Positions 13,896 to 29,077 are shown, counted from the first letter of the stretch. The stretch: DNA of 64,000 nt from Octopus vulgaris (GCA_951406725.2 OX597836.1:34472001-34536000), one strand, 5' to 3'. Translations and numbers: made by a program. Notes: generated by a model not told the origin, from the letters alone.

Positions 13896-14581
13896 CTATA
13901 GCAGAAGACACTTGCCCAAGGTGCCATGCAGTGGGACTGAACCCGAAACCAAGTGGTTGGTAAGCAAGCTACTTTATTTTATACAATTTTCCACAGGGGT
14001 ATGACATAGAGTAACTGCGGGCTGGACAATTACATTAATGGGATGAAATGAATATAAAAATATGAATAATGGAGATGAACGGCGCTCGCAGACCGCCTGT
14101 CTTCACGAAAACAAAGTTCTTTTTAAAATAAACAGAATGGGGTTTCAAACCTCTTATCATTTTACAATGACAAGACTTACCTACCTCTTATCGGTAGTCT
14201 TCTTCAGCATCTTCTTCAAATGCTTGTTTCTGATCGTTATTTTTCTTTTTTCTTTGATGTAAAATAAGCAATTTGCAACAAAAACTTATCGAGGGATTTA
14301 CACATAGCGCGCCATCTATGTGAGAGTCTCAAAAGTGACTTGTTGCTTTAGTGAAGATAGAACTGGTAATTTTCAGCCGAATTCTAAAGGCGTAATAAAA
14401 ACTGAAGTGAAATGCAGCCAGTGCGTGTGGTTTAATTGGCAACGTGACCCTCCCAAACTATAAACAAAAATTTTTCAGCACGATTTCATACGAAAAACAT
14501 ATGTGTGTGTGTATGTGTGTGCGTCATTGTTTATGTGTGTGTGTGTGTATATGTACGTATGCAAGTGTGCATGGGGGTGTG

Positions 14582-14619
<38 letters not shown>

Positions 14620-14788
14620 ACACAAACACATGCACATATATGTAAACTTATATATGAGTTTCTGTGAAAGGTCCCTGCTCTACTCACACAGTTAAGAGGC
14701 TAACATCCTTATAAATAACGCACGTGTCTCCCACACGTAACATTATTCACTCACACACACACACACACACATACACACACACACTCTT

Positions 14789-14819
<31 letters not shown>

Positions 14820-15036
14820 TGCACGCATGCACAAACACACAAACACGTGGATATACATAGATTGACATACGTAATGCTTTGCTCCCTATATATTCAATAA
14901 ATATTTTAATTTCGCTTATCTAAATCACCGCTTTTTGTTACATCGTCTTGGGTGGTCCACAAATCTGTCTCAAGATCTGTGCATGCATATATGTAGGTAT
15001 GTGTGTATATATATACATAATTATATATACACACAC

Positions 15037-15077
<41 letters not shown>

Positions 15078-15087
15078 TACATATATG

Positions 15088-15143
<56 letters not shown>

Positions 15144-15177
15144 CATATATACATATATGTAGACCCACACCTCACAC

Positions 15178-15218
<41 letters not shown>

Positions 15219-15633
15219 CGATCGCTATTTTCCAGTAAATATCGGTACTTCGTTGTACCATTTATTTACTTTGATATATATATATATATATATATATACA
15301 TACATTCACACAGGCACATGTGTGAGTACTTATGTGTATATGAATGTATGTATGTATACATTTCTAGGCTTCTGTGTATGTATATTTGATAAACTAAATG
15401 TGTTTTGAGTACATAAGTATTCGTGTATTTATGTATGTGTGTATGCAAATAGAACGTTGTTGGCAAATTTATGTTTGTGTGCGTATGTGCGCGTATCGTG
15501 GTGTACGTGGAACTCTGTATGCGGGTATACATTTGTGTGTGTACGTTTTTATATACGCCTGTGTGCATATATACGCACTGAAGACTACATATGGCTTTAT
15601 ATGTGTTTGAGCGACCTGAATAATGAATGTGTA

Positions 15634-15685
<52 letters not shown>

Positions 15686-15714
15686 ATACACAGATCTTTC
15701 TTTCTCTTTCTTTT

Positions 15715-15909
15715 TTACTTTTTTCAGTCATTTGACTGCGGCCATGCTGGAGCACCGCCTTTAGTCGAGCAAATCGACACCGGGACTTATTCTTTGTAAG
15801 CCCAGTACTTATTCTATCGATCTCTTCGCCGAACCGCTAAGTTACGGGGACGTAAACACACCAGCATCGGTTGTCAAGCAATGCTAGGGGGACAAACACA
15901 GACACGCAA

Positions 15910-15969
<60 letters not shown>

Positions 15970-16126
15970 GACAGGCTTCTTTCAGTTTCCGTCTACCAAA
16001 TCCACTCACAAGGCATTGGTCGGCCCGGGGCTATAGCAGAAGACACTTGCCCAAGATGGCACGCAGTGGGACTGAACCCGGAACCATGTGGCTGGTTAGC
16101 AAGCTACTTATCGCACGGCCACTCCT
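15715..16126 (-). mobile_element. SINE family A, full length, with internal (TA)n/(TG)n tract
   Basis: Head, CORE-like segment, microsatellite and tail ggcggtgctccagcatggccgcagtcaaatgactgaaa. Confidence 0.9.
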
Positions 16127-16227
16127 ATATATAATATATATTTTTGTGTGTGTGTGCGTGTGTGTACAAGTATGTATATTTGTTTGTATACTTATATATG
16201 TGTGTGTGTCTCAATTATTGGAACGGG

Positions 16228-16565
16228 TGTGTACTAAGAAGCTTGCTACCCAACCACATGGCTCCAGGTTCAGTTCCACTGCGTGGCACCTGGTGCAAGT
16301 GTCTTCTGTTATAGCTTCGCGCCTACCAAAGCCTTGTGAGTGGATTTAATAAGCGGAAACTGAAAGAAACCCGTCGTTTGTACGCGCGTGTGAGTGTGTG
16401 TATGTGTGTGTGCATTCGTGTGTCTGTGTTTGCCGCCACCACCATCGCTTGACAACCGATGTTGGCGTGTTCACGTCCCCGTAACTTAGCGCTTCGGCAA
16501 AAGAGACCCGATAGAAGAAATACCAGGCTTACAATCAAATGACTGAAAATAATAAAAGAATAAAA
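16228..16565 (+). mobile_element. SINE family A, diverged
   Basis: Same modules on the plus strand; lies between two minus-strand copies. Confidence 0.8.
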
Positions 16566-16619
16566 GAATATGTACAGACATATATGTCTATGTAAGCGTA
16601 TGAATATACTTACTTACTT

Positions 16620-16990
16620 GCTTGTTTCAGTCATTTGACTGCGGCCATGCTGGAGCACCGCCTTTAGTCGAGCAAATCGACCCCGGTTTTATTCTTTGTA
16701 AGCCCAGTACTTATTCTATCGGTCTCTTTTGCCGAACCGCTAAGTGACGGGGACGTAAACACACCAGCATCGGTTGTCAAGCAATGCTAGGGGGACAAAC
16801 ACACATACACAACTCACACACACACGACAGGCTTCTTTCAGTTTCCGCCTACCAAATCCACTCACAAGGCATTGGTCGGCCCTGGGCTATAGAAGAAGAC
16901 ACTTGCCCAAGGTGCCACGCAGTGGGACTGAACCCGGAACCATGTGGTTGGTTAGCAAGCTACTTACCACACAGCCACTCCTGCGCCTAT
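16620..16990 (-). mobile_element. SINE family A, full length
   Basis: Near-identical to 15715-16126 and 19378-19752. Confidence 0.9.
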
Positions 16991-18187
16991 GTAAGCGTTT
17001 GAATATGTCTGAATATTAAAAAATTTTCTTTATCATAAATCTGGTCTTAATTGAAACCTGCTTTTGCTGGTTTTATTAACTGTGTGAATTGGTTAATGTA
17101 TGTAATCCTTTACGCATATTTACAGATTTATATATGCACATAAAGAGAGCAAGATATAGATGGAAAGAGAGAGTGATAGAGAGACATTCATACAGACAGG
17201 GAGATAGACAGACAGACAGACAGAGACAGAGAGAACGAGGAAATAGGAGAGAATGAGCGCAGTGTATATGTAATTATATATTTGCGTGTGCATAGAAATG
17301 TAAGTTTATCAGTGGTTGTATATAGTTAGGTCAAGTGTGTCATATATTAACCGCTATCTAAGGTACCCTATACTATTAGGTAACGACGTGGTGATAGGAT
17401 ATTGCCTTAATATGGGATTAGCAATGATTGATTTATGAATGCACGCTTAAGTATGAGTGTGTGTATGCATGGATGGGGTGGGAGAGGGGGAGAGAAAGGG
17501 GGTGGGAGGGAGGGAGAAGAAAGGAGAGGGAGAGAGAAAATGGGGGAGAGAGAGAAAAGAGGACAGAGAGAGAGGAAAAAAGGGGACAAAGAGTCGATGT
17601 GTATATGTAGGGGGAAGTAAATGAGAAAATGAGAGTGGCTTCTATTTCATTAGATTTTGGACTTAATATCAAATTTCTTTTTGTCAGTCTACCTTCCTCT
17701 TTGTTCCTCTACTCATCTCTCCCTATATATATGTGTGTGTGGGGGGGGGTGCGTGTGCCTCTCTGGGCTTTTAGAAAGAATTAAAGATATGCATGTATGC
17801 ATTTATGTATGTATATATGTATATACGTATGTATGTATCTATTTACCCATCTACTTATCTATCTATCTACCTCATTTTCTCTTTCTCTCTCTTTCTATAT
17901 GTATATATATATATGTATATATATATATATAAAGAGAGAGAAGGGAGAGAGAGATACACAAGTTTTTCACCACCAGCCAAAAGATAGACTGTTTTTACTT
18001 CAAACTTTTCAAATTTTATATATTTTTACGAATATTCGATAAAACGAAATTAATTGAAACCGGTGTTATTAATATTTATATTTGCATAATCTTGTATTAA
18101 ACTCGCTCTTAAACTGAAATGCCTTAGACTTAATTCTGAGCTATTTCCACCTCCATCATTTATATATATATGCATGTATATGTGTGT

Positions 18188-18655
<468 letters not shown>

Positions 18656-18908
18656 GTGTGTGTGTCTTTCTCTCATATAAGTATGAATGCACTCACACAA
18701 ATAAACACACACACACACACATGCATGTGTATACATTTTTGTATATGCGCATGTGGCATTTCAGAGAGATATGAAGAGAGAGAGAGAGCTTTTTCTATTA
18801 CTGGAAAACTTGTATGTTTAATCTTATCTCATTCGAATTATTTTACGAGGTCTTATTTATTTTCCTTTATTTATAATGCCTTCTATTCTTTCAAATATTT
18901 AGCCATGT

Positions 18909-18968
<60 letters not shown>

Positions 18969-19063
18969 ATGCATGTATGTATATATACGTACATATATTT
19001 ATAATGCATATATTATATGCTCGTAGAATATGTATGTACATATATCTATCTTTGATATATGTA

Positions 19064-19140
<77 letters not shown>

Positions 19141-19377
19141 TTGGTATTTTCGTATGGATTTATCTGTGCAATATATGTGTGGGAGATAACGTTTTCTGTG
19201 TGTGTCTGTAAGTATTTAAGAAACTTAAAAACTGCAAAATTGCATTTTCAAAAAAAAAAAAAAAATAATGATAATAGTACAACACACATACTGACGCACA
19301 CCCACACACATACATAAAACACCCACATATATATAAATATTCCCCTCTCTTTTTCTCTCTCTATCTATATATATATA

Positions 19378-19541
19378 CTCTTTTACTTGTTTCAGTCATT
19401 TGACTGCGGCCATGCTGGAGCACCGCCTTTAGTCGAGCAAATCGACCCCAGGACTTATTCTTTGTAAGCCCAGTACTTATTCTATCGGTCTCTTTTGCCG
19501 AACCGCTAAGTGACGGGGACGTAAACACACCAGCATCGGTT

Positions 19542-19593
<52 letters not shown>

Positions 19594-19752
19594 TACGACG
19601 GGCTTCTTTCAGTTTCCGTCTACCAAATCCACTCACAAGGCATTGGTCGGCCCGGGGCTATAGCAGAAGACACTTGCCAAAGATTCCACGCGGTGGGACT
19701 GAACCCGGAACCATGTGGTTGGTTAGCAAGCTACTTACCACACAGCCACTCC
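19378..19752 (-). mobile_element. SINE family A
   Basis: Near-identical to other family A copies. Confidence 0.9.
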
Positions 19753-20000
19753 ATGCATGGCGAACAGGGAAATCAACACAATGATGTGCATATTCAGTCT
19801 AAAAACATTTTGAACGTGAATATGCTGATTGTTGTGGTCTATATCATCACAGTTTTCATACACACATAGACACACACGCACGCACGCGCACACGCGCGCA
19901 CACACACACACCCATACTCAACGAAATACTTCTTAAGCTCTTCGTAGATAAAAGCACCAGGCTAACAAAGTCTTGCGACCGGTATAGTACACCAGGTAAT

Positions 20001-20387
20001 GTGGAGGCGCAATGGCCCAGTGGTTAGGGCAGCGGACTCGCGGTCATAGGATCGCGGTTTCGATTCCCAGACCGGGCGTTGTGAGTGTTTATAGAGCGAA
20101 AACACCTAAAGCTCCACGTGGCTCCGGCAGGGGATGGTGGTGATCCCTGCTGTACTCTTTCACCACAACTTTCTCTCACTCTTACTTCCTGTTTCTGTTG
20201 TACCTGTATTTCAAAGGGCCGACCTTGTCACTCTCTGTGTCACGCTGAATATCCCCGAGAACTACGTTAAGGGTACACGTGTCTGTGGAGTGCTCAGCCA
20301 CTTACACGTTAATTTCACGAGCAGGCTGTTCCGTTGATCGGATCAACGGGAACCCTCATCGTCGTTACCGACGGAGTGCTTCCACAC
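20001..20387 (+). mobile_element. SINE family C, full length, tail type 2, with 12-bp TSD
   Basis: Head tggcccagtggttagg...gtttcgattcc; TSD acaccaggtaat at 19989-20000 and 20388-20399. Confidence 0.9.
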
Positions 20388-20993
20388 ACACCAGGTAATC
20401 CGAAATCAGACCGGTCAAATTTTTCATTTCCATTCTTCCGTTTCCAAGTTAAGACGATATGTTTTTTCAGAGTAATACATAAAATAGACAGAAATAACGG
20501 ATAATATACATTTATTTATTTATTTATTATAGGTGTAAAGCTATTTCGAAAATGCATCAAGGTGTGTTCATGATTGATTCAGTCTGATCAGTCGATCTGT
20601 CGATCGATTAAAAATACAGGTAACCGCCACCCTAAGATACCTTCTTCAGAGCCGCAAGAAACTATTTGAAACAGCTGTCAGCCTATATATATATATATAC
20701 ATATATAAGTATATATATGTATGTTTATTTATGTAGATATGTATATATATAGATATATATATAGATATAGGTATATATACGTATGTATATGTATACATAT
20801 ATGTATATAGATATAAATATGTATATATAGATATATAAATGTATATATATATATATATATGTATACATACATATGTCTACATATATAAACATATATATAT
20901 GCATATATACCTACATATATACATGCATATATACATACATATATATATATATATATATGTATATGTATATGTACACACATACACACTCACATA

Positions 20994-21100
<107 letters not shown>

Positions 21101-21460
21101 ATATAAACATATATTCGTTTTCGCATATACATATGCACGTTGTAACTTGTATAGAAATGACAGATAGGTATGTAGTAAAAAAAAATACACGTGTAGGTAA
21201 ATCCCAAGAGGCCTAAGTTATTAAAATATCTCATTAACCTCTAGTGTGCCTATTAACCCCCGTCATTTAAACTGGAAACCCATTCGGCTGTATCGAAAGA
21301 TCATCTGTCTTAGCTTTCAGGGTGAAGGTCCCTCATATTGCTCTAATTATTATTCACCTATCTAGTATTTTATTTCTCTGTAAACTATTAATCATTACGC
21401 TGTACCATTAAGTACACATCTAGTAAAATGGCTGCCAAATCCCTATCATAATTCAACGAC

Positions 21461-21841
21461 AGCTGAAGTTGTCTGTGTATGGCAGGTTTGGTAGCCTTCA
21501 ACTAACTCTATCTCCTCCGAGACCCTGCGGTGCAAGTTGACCGAAAAATTGAGAGTATGATAGAAGAAGGCTTGCTCCCCCTTCCGTAGTAGAAAAAATT
21601 CAAATCGGACCATGTTAACACCAAAAATTATTTACATCAAAAAGGTGCTTTTTTTTTCTATGAAAATCCCTATATTTTACGATTTTTTGTCTGCTGTGTC
21701 GCCATTTTTCGATGTATTTCAACCAGAAAAATGTTCACTTAAAGAGAATAACAAGCTACATAATGCAAAATTTTTACTTTTCAAAAATTCCAATTCTAAA
21801 GTGTCGAAACAAACCCGAGCAACGCCGGGCGATACTGCTAG
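21461..21841 (+). mobile_element. Non-autonomous Helitron with a different interior and the same 3' terminus
   Basis: Ends acaaacccgagcaacgccgggcgatactgCTAG|t, identical to the end at 11455. Confidence 0.75.
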
Positions 21842-22311
21842 TAGTAATAATAATCATTTTTTTCTAGTATAGGCACATGGCCTGAAATTTGGTAAGAAGG
21901 AATTTAGTTGATTACATCGACTCCCTGTACTTCCCTGGTACTTAATATATCGACTACGAAAGGAAGGTAATGTTGATCTCGCCAATGATGATAAAAGGTT
22001 GGATACATTGAAAAATGTGCTCCAAGATACACTGTTTACAGGAGGAAATCTGGGTAATCACATCTGGAAAGCTTTTGTTGGTATGCCTACTCTACTCTTT
22101 CTAGGTGAATATGAGGACAAAGTGCACCAGCGCATAGCTAACGACCTATCTTCTGTGTAGTAGTCCATTCTGGTATAATTAACAGCTAAATCTCCCAGAA
22201 ATCAGATTTAGTCTTAAAAAAAAAGAAGACACAGCACATTGGATTATCTCGAGGAATTACAACCGTGCTTCGTGGTCTGCTACCACAACAGCTCCTTTAT
22301 AGGATCCAGTT

Positions 22312-22388
22312 AGCTCAAGACATCATCAGGAGGAACCACGTCCGGTTTCGGCCGCTACTCCTCTACCGTTTCGGAGGTGTCTTGAGCT
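22312..22388 (-). ncRNA. Candidate type II-topology hammerhead ribozyme
   Basis: Minus: agctcaagaca-cctcc-GAAA-cg-GTA-gaggag...ttcctc-CTGATGA-tgtcttgagct; 11-bp closing helix, 6-bp stem I; weak stem III and a 5-nt insertion. Confidence 0.4.
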
Positions 22389-22939
22389 CTGGTGTTGGGT
22401 GCATGTCTTCTTTCTTCTTCTTTCTTCTGTTCCCTGGCCTCTTCGATGTATCGTCAGCGAGTGTCAGCCGGTGACTGACTGTCTTGTCAAATTTCTCCCT
22501 TTAAATACCTGCGGCAAAGGCTCCAGCAGGCAGCCCCAGCGAGTTGTCATGTGACACTGTCTCACCTTAACTGACTAGTGAAGGCGTGTAGTTTCAGCCC
22601 GCGCTTTTTCTAAACGACTGTCACCTGTCAGTCATCTAAGCTGATTCAGTCAGCTTGAATGTGCTATTGAAGGTAGTCATGGCTGGAATGCTTTTGATAA
22701 CTGGTACGATTAGAGTTGATATGGGGCTAAATAGTAACAGCGTAATCATAACTTGCATATCGCATTTTATAATTCGGTCCGAAAATTGCCCTATTCATTG
22801 CCTTACTACACGCCGTCACCTCTTATCGTACGATACTACACGCTGAGATGCTTCATATTATGTGCTGCTACCATAGACGGCGCAACGATTTGACCTGAAT
22901 CCTAAAATGCTATCGGAAGTATTGTTTGAATTTGCATAC

Positions 22940-23305
22940 AGGCACAAGACTGTGTGGTAAGAAGTTTGATTCCTAGCAACGTGGTTGGATTCAGTCTCAC
23001 GGCGTGAAATCTTGGTCAACTTTCTTTGACTATAGTCCCAGACCGACCAAAGCCGTGCGAGTGGATTTGGAAGACAGAAACTGAAAGAAGAATGTGTGTG
23101 TGCATGTGCTTGTGTATTTGTGTTTGTGTTTGTCTCCTACCACCACCGGAAAACCAGTATTGGTTTGTTTCCTTCCACGTAACATAGCAGTTCGATAGAA
23201 TAATCATCAGGTTTAAGAAAAAAACGTTGGGTTGATTCATTCCTCTAAATCTCTTTAAGATGGTACCACAGCATGTCCGCAGTCGAATAACTGAAACAAG
23301 AAAAA
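22940..23305 (+). mobile_element. SINE family A, old diverged copy
   Basis: Recognisable head, gtggatttgg...aaactgaaagaa and cagcatgtccgcagtcgaataactgaaacaag tail. Confidence 0.7.
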
Positions 23306-23374
23306 GATGACATAAAATTATTGAAACATACAGACATACGTACATACAAGCAAACTATATATCCTCGAAATATA

Positions 23375-23630
23375 TATCCTCGAAGAATTAACATGCAAGT
23401 GGCTGAGTACCCCATGGACATGCATACCCTGAGTAAAGTTCTCAGAGATATTCAGCGTGACACAGAATGTGACAATGCTGGTCCTTTAAATAACAGGGGC
23501 CACTTGTATTTGCCAGCTGAACGGACTGGAGCAACGTGAGGTAAAATGCCTTGCTCAAAGACACAAAGCGCCGCCACGAGGAATCGAACTCACGGCCTTA
23601 CGATTGTCAGCCTAATAGCCTAACCACTTT
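23375..23630 (-). mobile_element. SINE family D head joined to tail type 2
   Basis: Head like 18188-18525; tail tgtgtcacgctgaatatc...actcagccacttgcatgttaatt like 20235-20315. Confidence 0.7.
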
Positions 23631-23829
23631 GACATGCAAGCGTTTGTGCCCATATGTGTATTCACAGTTGAGTGTTGTTAATATGATACTGACGGTTTCA
23701 TGTGAATATATTTGGAAATATTCAATCTCATGGAACCATTCGTATCGTATTCACAACATCCAACTATTAAAAGAAATTATCCGTGTACCAAGGTACTGTT
23801 GATCACTCATTTTCTAGTTCGTTTCTTAT

Positions 23830-23915
<86 letters not shown>

Positions 23916-24027
23916 GTGCGTGATTTTTGTGTATATGTATGCGTCCATGTACCTATGAATATATGCGTATATATGTGTGTTATGTGTATGTGTATATATA
24001 CATACACACCCACATATAAATACATAC

Positions 24028-24063
<36 letters not shown>

Positions 24064-24249
24064 GGGGGAGATACATGAATACATACATATGTACGTGAAT
24101 GTTATGCATATGACTGTACATGTATCTAGGAATATATATGTATATATATATGTGTGTATGTATGTGAGTGTATGTGTATGTATATATATATATATATGTA
24201 TGTATATATATATAATAATATACATATATATATATATATATAGTATATG

Positions 24250-24304
<55 letters not shown>

Positions 24305-24357
24305 CACACACACACACACACAAATACAAATAAACACAAACATATTCGCGTGTGCGG

Positions 24358-24505
24358 ATGCCGGGCGAAATGCGTAGCCGTATTTCGTCTGCCGCTAAGT
24401 TCTGAGTTCAAATTCCGCCGAGGTCGACTTTCCTTTCGGGGTCAATAAATTAAGTACCAGTTACGCACTGGGGTCGATGTAATCAACTTAATCCCTTTGT
24501 CTATC
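24358..24505 (+). mobile_element. SINE family B fragment
   Basis: ccgggcgaaatgcgtagccgtatttcg...gagttcaaattccgccgaggtcgac. Confidence 0.8.
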
Positions 24506-25079
24506 CAAAAGAATTTCATGTTATATGTATGTGTGTGTGTGACTGTGTTTGTGTTTGTTCCCCATCGCCGCTTGACGACCGGTGTTGGTTTGTTTATATC
24601 CCCGTAGCTTAGCAATTCGACAAAAGCAAGCGATAGAATTTAGTAAGCACTGGCTTTAAATAAAACAAGTACTGGTGTCGTTCCTTTCGACGAAACTCGC
24701 GTGTTTGTGTCTGTATATAAATGTGTGCGTACATATGTATATATATGTGTGTGTATGTGCATGTGAGCGCGTGTGTGTGCGCGAGCGCAAAATTGTTTCT
24801 ATCAGAACGCCGAGTTTAAATACCCCCATTTTAAAATATTTGCGTTTTGACGCGCCGCTGTCACAGTTTCTGTTCTTATGAACCGATTCATTTCAAATTT
24901 CACGAATCACTGAGTTTGACCCTATTTATTTTAATATTGTCAACATCTTGGTAAGCTGACACTTGATCATATATTAATACTGTCATAAACTAGTGTCTCC
25001 GCCAACAAGCATATAACTGCTGAAAAAAATACAAAGATTGAAGTGGGACAGTTAGATGTGTTGGTATACTATTTTAATA

Positions 25080-25610
25080 CTTCTACTTGGTTCAGTCATT
25101 TGATTGTGGTCATGCTGGAGCATTGCCATTTAAGGCAAAGAAATCAACCTTTGGACTTATTCTTTGTAAGCCTGGTACTTATTCCATCGGTCTCTTTTGT
25201 CGAACCGCTAGGTAGCGAGGACGTGAACACACCAGCATCAACCACGAATCCGGACAGGGCACGACGGTCAGGCGGTAGGTAATGACCGATGTGATAAACA
25301 CATTGGCCACCTCCGCCCTCCCTTTCCGGGATAGCCACCGCCAAGACCAGGTCTTGACTACTGCAGCCACCCTGCTCATTACCTCCGTCCAGTTCTTCTC
25401 TATCTGGATGGTGGGAGGGGGACAAACAGACACAAATACACAAATACATACATACATACGATGGGCTATTTCCAGTTTCCGTCTACCAAATCCACTCACA
25501 AGGCTTTGGTCGGCTCGAGGATATAGTAGAAAAAAACCTGCGCAAGGACTGAACTCGGAACCATGTGGTTGGGAAGCAAGCTTCTTACCACACAGCCACG
25601 CCTGCGCCTA
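25080..25610 (-). mobile_element. SINE family A carrying a LINE-derived insert
   Basis: Family A modules on both sides of 25241-25410. Confidence 0.8.
25241..25410 (-). pseudogene. Tx1/L1-clade LINE ORF2 fragment (post-RT region)
   Basis: QIEKNWTEVMSRVAAVVKTWSWRWLSRKGRAEVANVFITSVITYRLTVVPCP matches the W..R.LS..GR..V.N....S...Y pattern. Confidence 0.65.
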
Positions 25611-26329
25611 TATGTACGATTCGTGATATTGTATACTGGTCTTTGGTATATCTCGTTTGATATCACACGTACTCCTATTGTTTGCATGAATATATATCGC
25701 GTCAGTCCTTGTATATAATATACTGATTCAAGTCCATTTTCTTTTATCCAGAAGTCAAGGAAAATGGACCTGATTCAGCACGTTATTTTGAGACTAATAC
25801 AAAAATGAGTACGAAACATTTACGGCCTATGTAATTCAGATAATGAAAACAAAATGAGCTAAGGGAAATAACTCAAAGTGACCAGTGGCATGTGCTTGAA
25901 TACCATAGACAAATACTCGTATGTCAAATAACATACAGCATAAATTCTAGATTTATTAAAATTATCTGTACCTATAGACGATGGGATATAATTGCCAGAT
26001 GGGAATTAAGTTTAGCTCTACTTCAGCAGGGGAGATAATCTAACGATTCAAAAATTCTCCAAAATTGACATGGCGTTAAGGAAAAGGTCTAGTTTATTGT
26101 CTGGAGATAAGGGAACAATTGTGGACATGTTTCTGGCTCCATATTCGTCATTAGCACAAAAGGAAGAGAAAACAGTAATGGCATATTTCCATAATTTAAC
26201 ACGTTTACTGCCATATGTACGTACCACCGGTGGTTCATCGTAAACTTCACACAACCGCCATATGCACTACCGGTGGTACATTTCCTTAATTGAGAGACTA
26301 TTTTATTCTGCAATTTTTAAATGGCTAAG

Positions 26330-26506
26330 AAACAGGAAGAAAGAGTGGTGAAAGAGTACAGCAGGGATCGCTACCCCCTGTCGGAGATCGTGGAGCTTTT
26401 AGGTGTTTTCACTCAATAAACACTCACAACGCCCGGTCTGGGAATCGAAACCGCGATCCTACGACCGCAAGTCCGCTGCCCTAACCACTGGTCCATTGCG
26501 CCTCCA
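26330..26506 (-). mobile_element. SINE family C, head and core only
   Basis: Reverse complement of ggaggcgcaatgg...gtttcgattcccagaccgggcgttgtgag. Confidence 0.8.
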
Positions 26507-26508
26507 CA

Positions 26509-26561
<53 letters not shown>

Positions 26562-27599
26562 CTATCTATCTTTCAATCTGTGTGTATGTGTGTGTGTGTG
26601 TGTGTGTATGTGTGTGTGTGTGTGTGTGTAAGTATGTATGTGTGCATGTATGTATATCCGTATGCTTCAGCTTGCCATGTACAATGTAACTGCATTAATT
26701 TTCTCTGATATCTGTGTGTACATATACATACGTTCGTATTATACGAACGTAGACATTTCTACAAAACAGCGTGCTAAAATTCCAGAATGGCTTGCACATT
26801 TATACAGTGCCATTAATGTCTTGTAATTATCATTTTCTAATTAGTGATTTCGTCTTTGGGTTTGCTCTGCGCAAACTGCTTCTCAACAGCGATGATGAGA
26901 TAAATTGTTACACAAAAACAAATGCCGAAATTATCTTTTTACGTACATTGTGTCATTCTTTTCTTAATTATTTGAATTCTTTCCCCAAAGAAAAAAGCTC
27001 GTCTCTAACAAAGAAACAAACCGCCATCGCTGGAATTTAGATAACAGCATCGTTGAAGAGTTAATTACATGCTGAACTTCAGAAAAAATATGTGCATACG
27101 TACGTGTATGTATATACATATATATATATATATATTATAATGTATGTATGAGTGTATGTGTGTATATATTGTGGATGTGTGTATATATGTATGTATACAT
27201 ATCTGATTCAGAAACAATGAAGGCCTTTATTTGAAGACTTGACAAATCAACATGTTACTAGGTTGTCGCTATGAGGTAACATCAGTTCACAATACACAAT
27301 GCAACTTCTTTGTCTTTGCACGCTAGCTGTGACTTGTGGAAAAGGAGAATGTATACATACATACATACATAAATATACATACATACATACAAACATACAT
27401 ACATACATACATACACACATACATACATACACACATACATACATACATACATACATACATACATACACACACACAAGTACATACAAGATATATACGTTCA
27501 TATATATATATATAGTATATATATATATATGTGTTTGTATATGTATATTTATGTATATGTATGTATAAATAAAAATATAAATATACACATACAGACATG

Positions 27600-27648
<49 letters not shown>

Positions 27649-27833
27649 GTGTGTATGTATGTATGTATGTATGTATGTGTGTATATATATATATAGGGAG
27701 AGAGAGAAAAAGGGAGACATACACACGCACATATATGTATGTTTGTGTATGCCTCTTTATATGTGTATATCCATAAGTATACAAACTTTCACACACACAC
27801 ACGCATTATATATGTATCTCTCTCTCTCTTTCG

Positions 27834-27884
<51 letters not shown>

Positions 27885-27950
27885 CATATATATATACATG
27901 TATATATGTGTGTATACATATATATATATAAATGTATATATATGTATGTC

Positions 27951-27998
<48 letters not shown>

Positions 27999-28153
27999 TG
28001 TATATACATACATATATGGTCCCATTTCTCGCCATCGTGATGATCTCTTAATTTCATTTGTTGCTCACTTGAATTTTGGAAAGGAAATAAGTAAGAAAAA
28101 AAATATGAAAATAAATATCAAGAATTTTAAAACAATTCTGTTGTGTTGTGTTG

Positions 28154-28220
<67 letters not shown>

Positions 28221-28921
28221 CATCTCTTATTTTGTTTTGCTATTGTTATTTCTTTTTTACTTTGCCTCTTTCTTTCTCGTTTTGTATCGTTTATTTTTTT
28301 TTTATTTTCTTGTATCTTTTAACCTTTTTTTTTTTTCTTGCAATTCTTTGTTCGTTGCGTCTTTTGTTGAAGAGTCTCTTAAAAAGAAATCTTGAAGGAA
28401 CGGCATCATCCAACCGCCAATGCAAAACAACAGCTGTGGTTAACATTGCTCTGCGATTGACTCCTTGACATACATATCTACGGTATTCTACCCCTGCTCT
28501 GTTTCCTATAGTAGTAGTAAGAGTAGTACATTGCTGTATGTATTTTGTGTATGTATGTGTGTGTTTTTTTTTTATTATTGGCTGTATTTTCTCGAAATGC
28601 ATCCGAAATAATTTTGCGACTGAAGAGCTTCTTAAGAAGCCCTTGTTAAAAGCTGGAATTGCCAATTTTTTCCTCCAGCGATTCCAAACTGGTGTTTTCA
28701 CATCGGTGAAATTCGAACTCCAATTCCGCTATGTTATACTTCTTTCTCAATTACTAAGATTTTTTTCAATTACCACTATTGAGTATTTACTATCCAAAAA
28801 TCCTAACATTTGTTCGTCTAATTATTAATTATAATTCACTCAGTGGCGTCATTCCTGTACGACAAGTATGACAGTGTTTAAGGATTCAGAAAATTCATAC
28901 TCGCACACATATGTATATACT

Positions 28922-28982
<61 letters not shown>

Positions 28983-29031
28983 TATATATTCACCGTCTAT
29001 CATCTACTAACTTCTCTTTCATTCACATAAG

Positions 29032-29076
<45 letters not shown>

Positions 29077-29077
29077 A

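Noticed and set aside
28618-28650. CTGAAGA followed by a gcttc/gaagc hairpin as a hammerhead
   Set aside because: No GAAA after the stem and no matching stem I or III.
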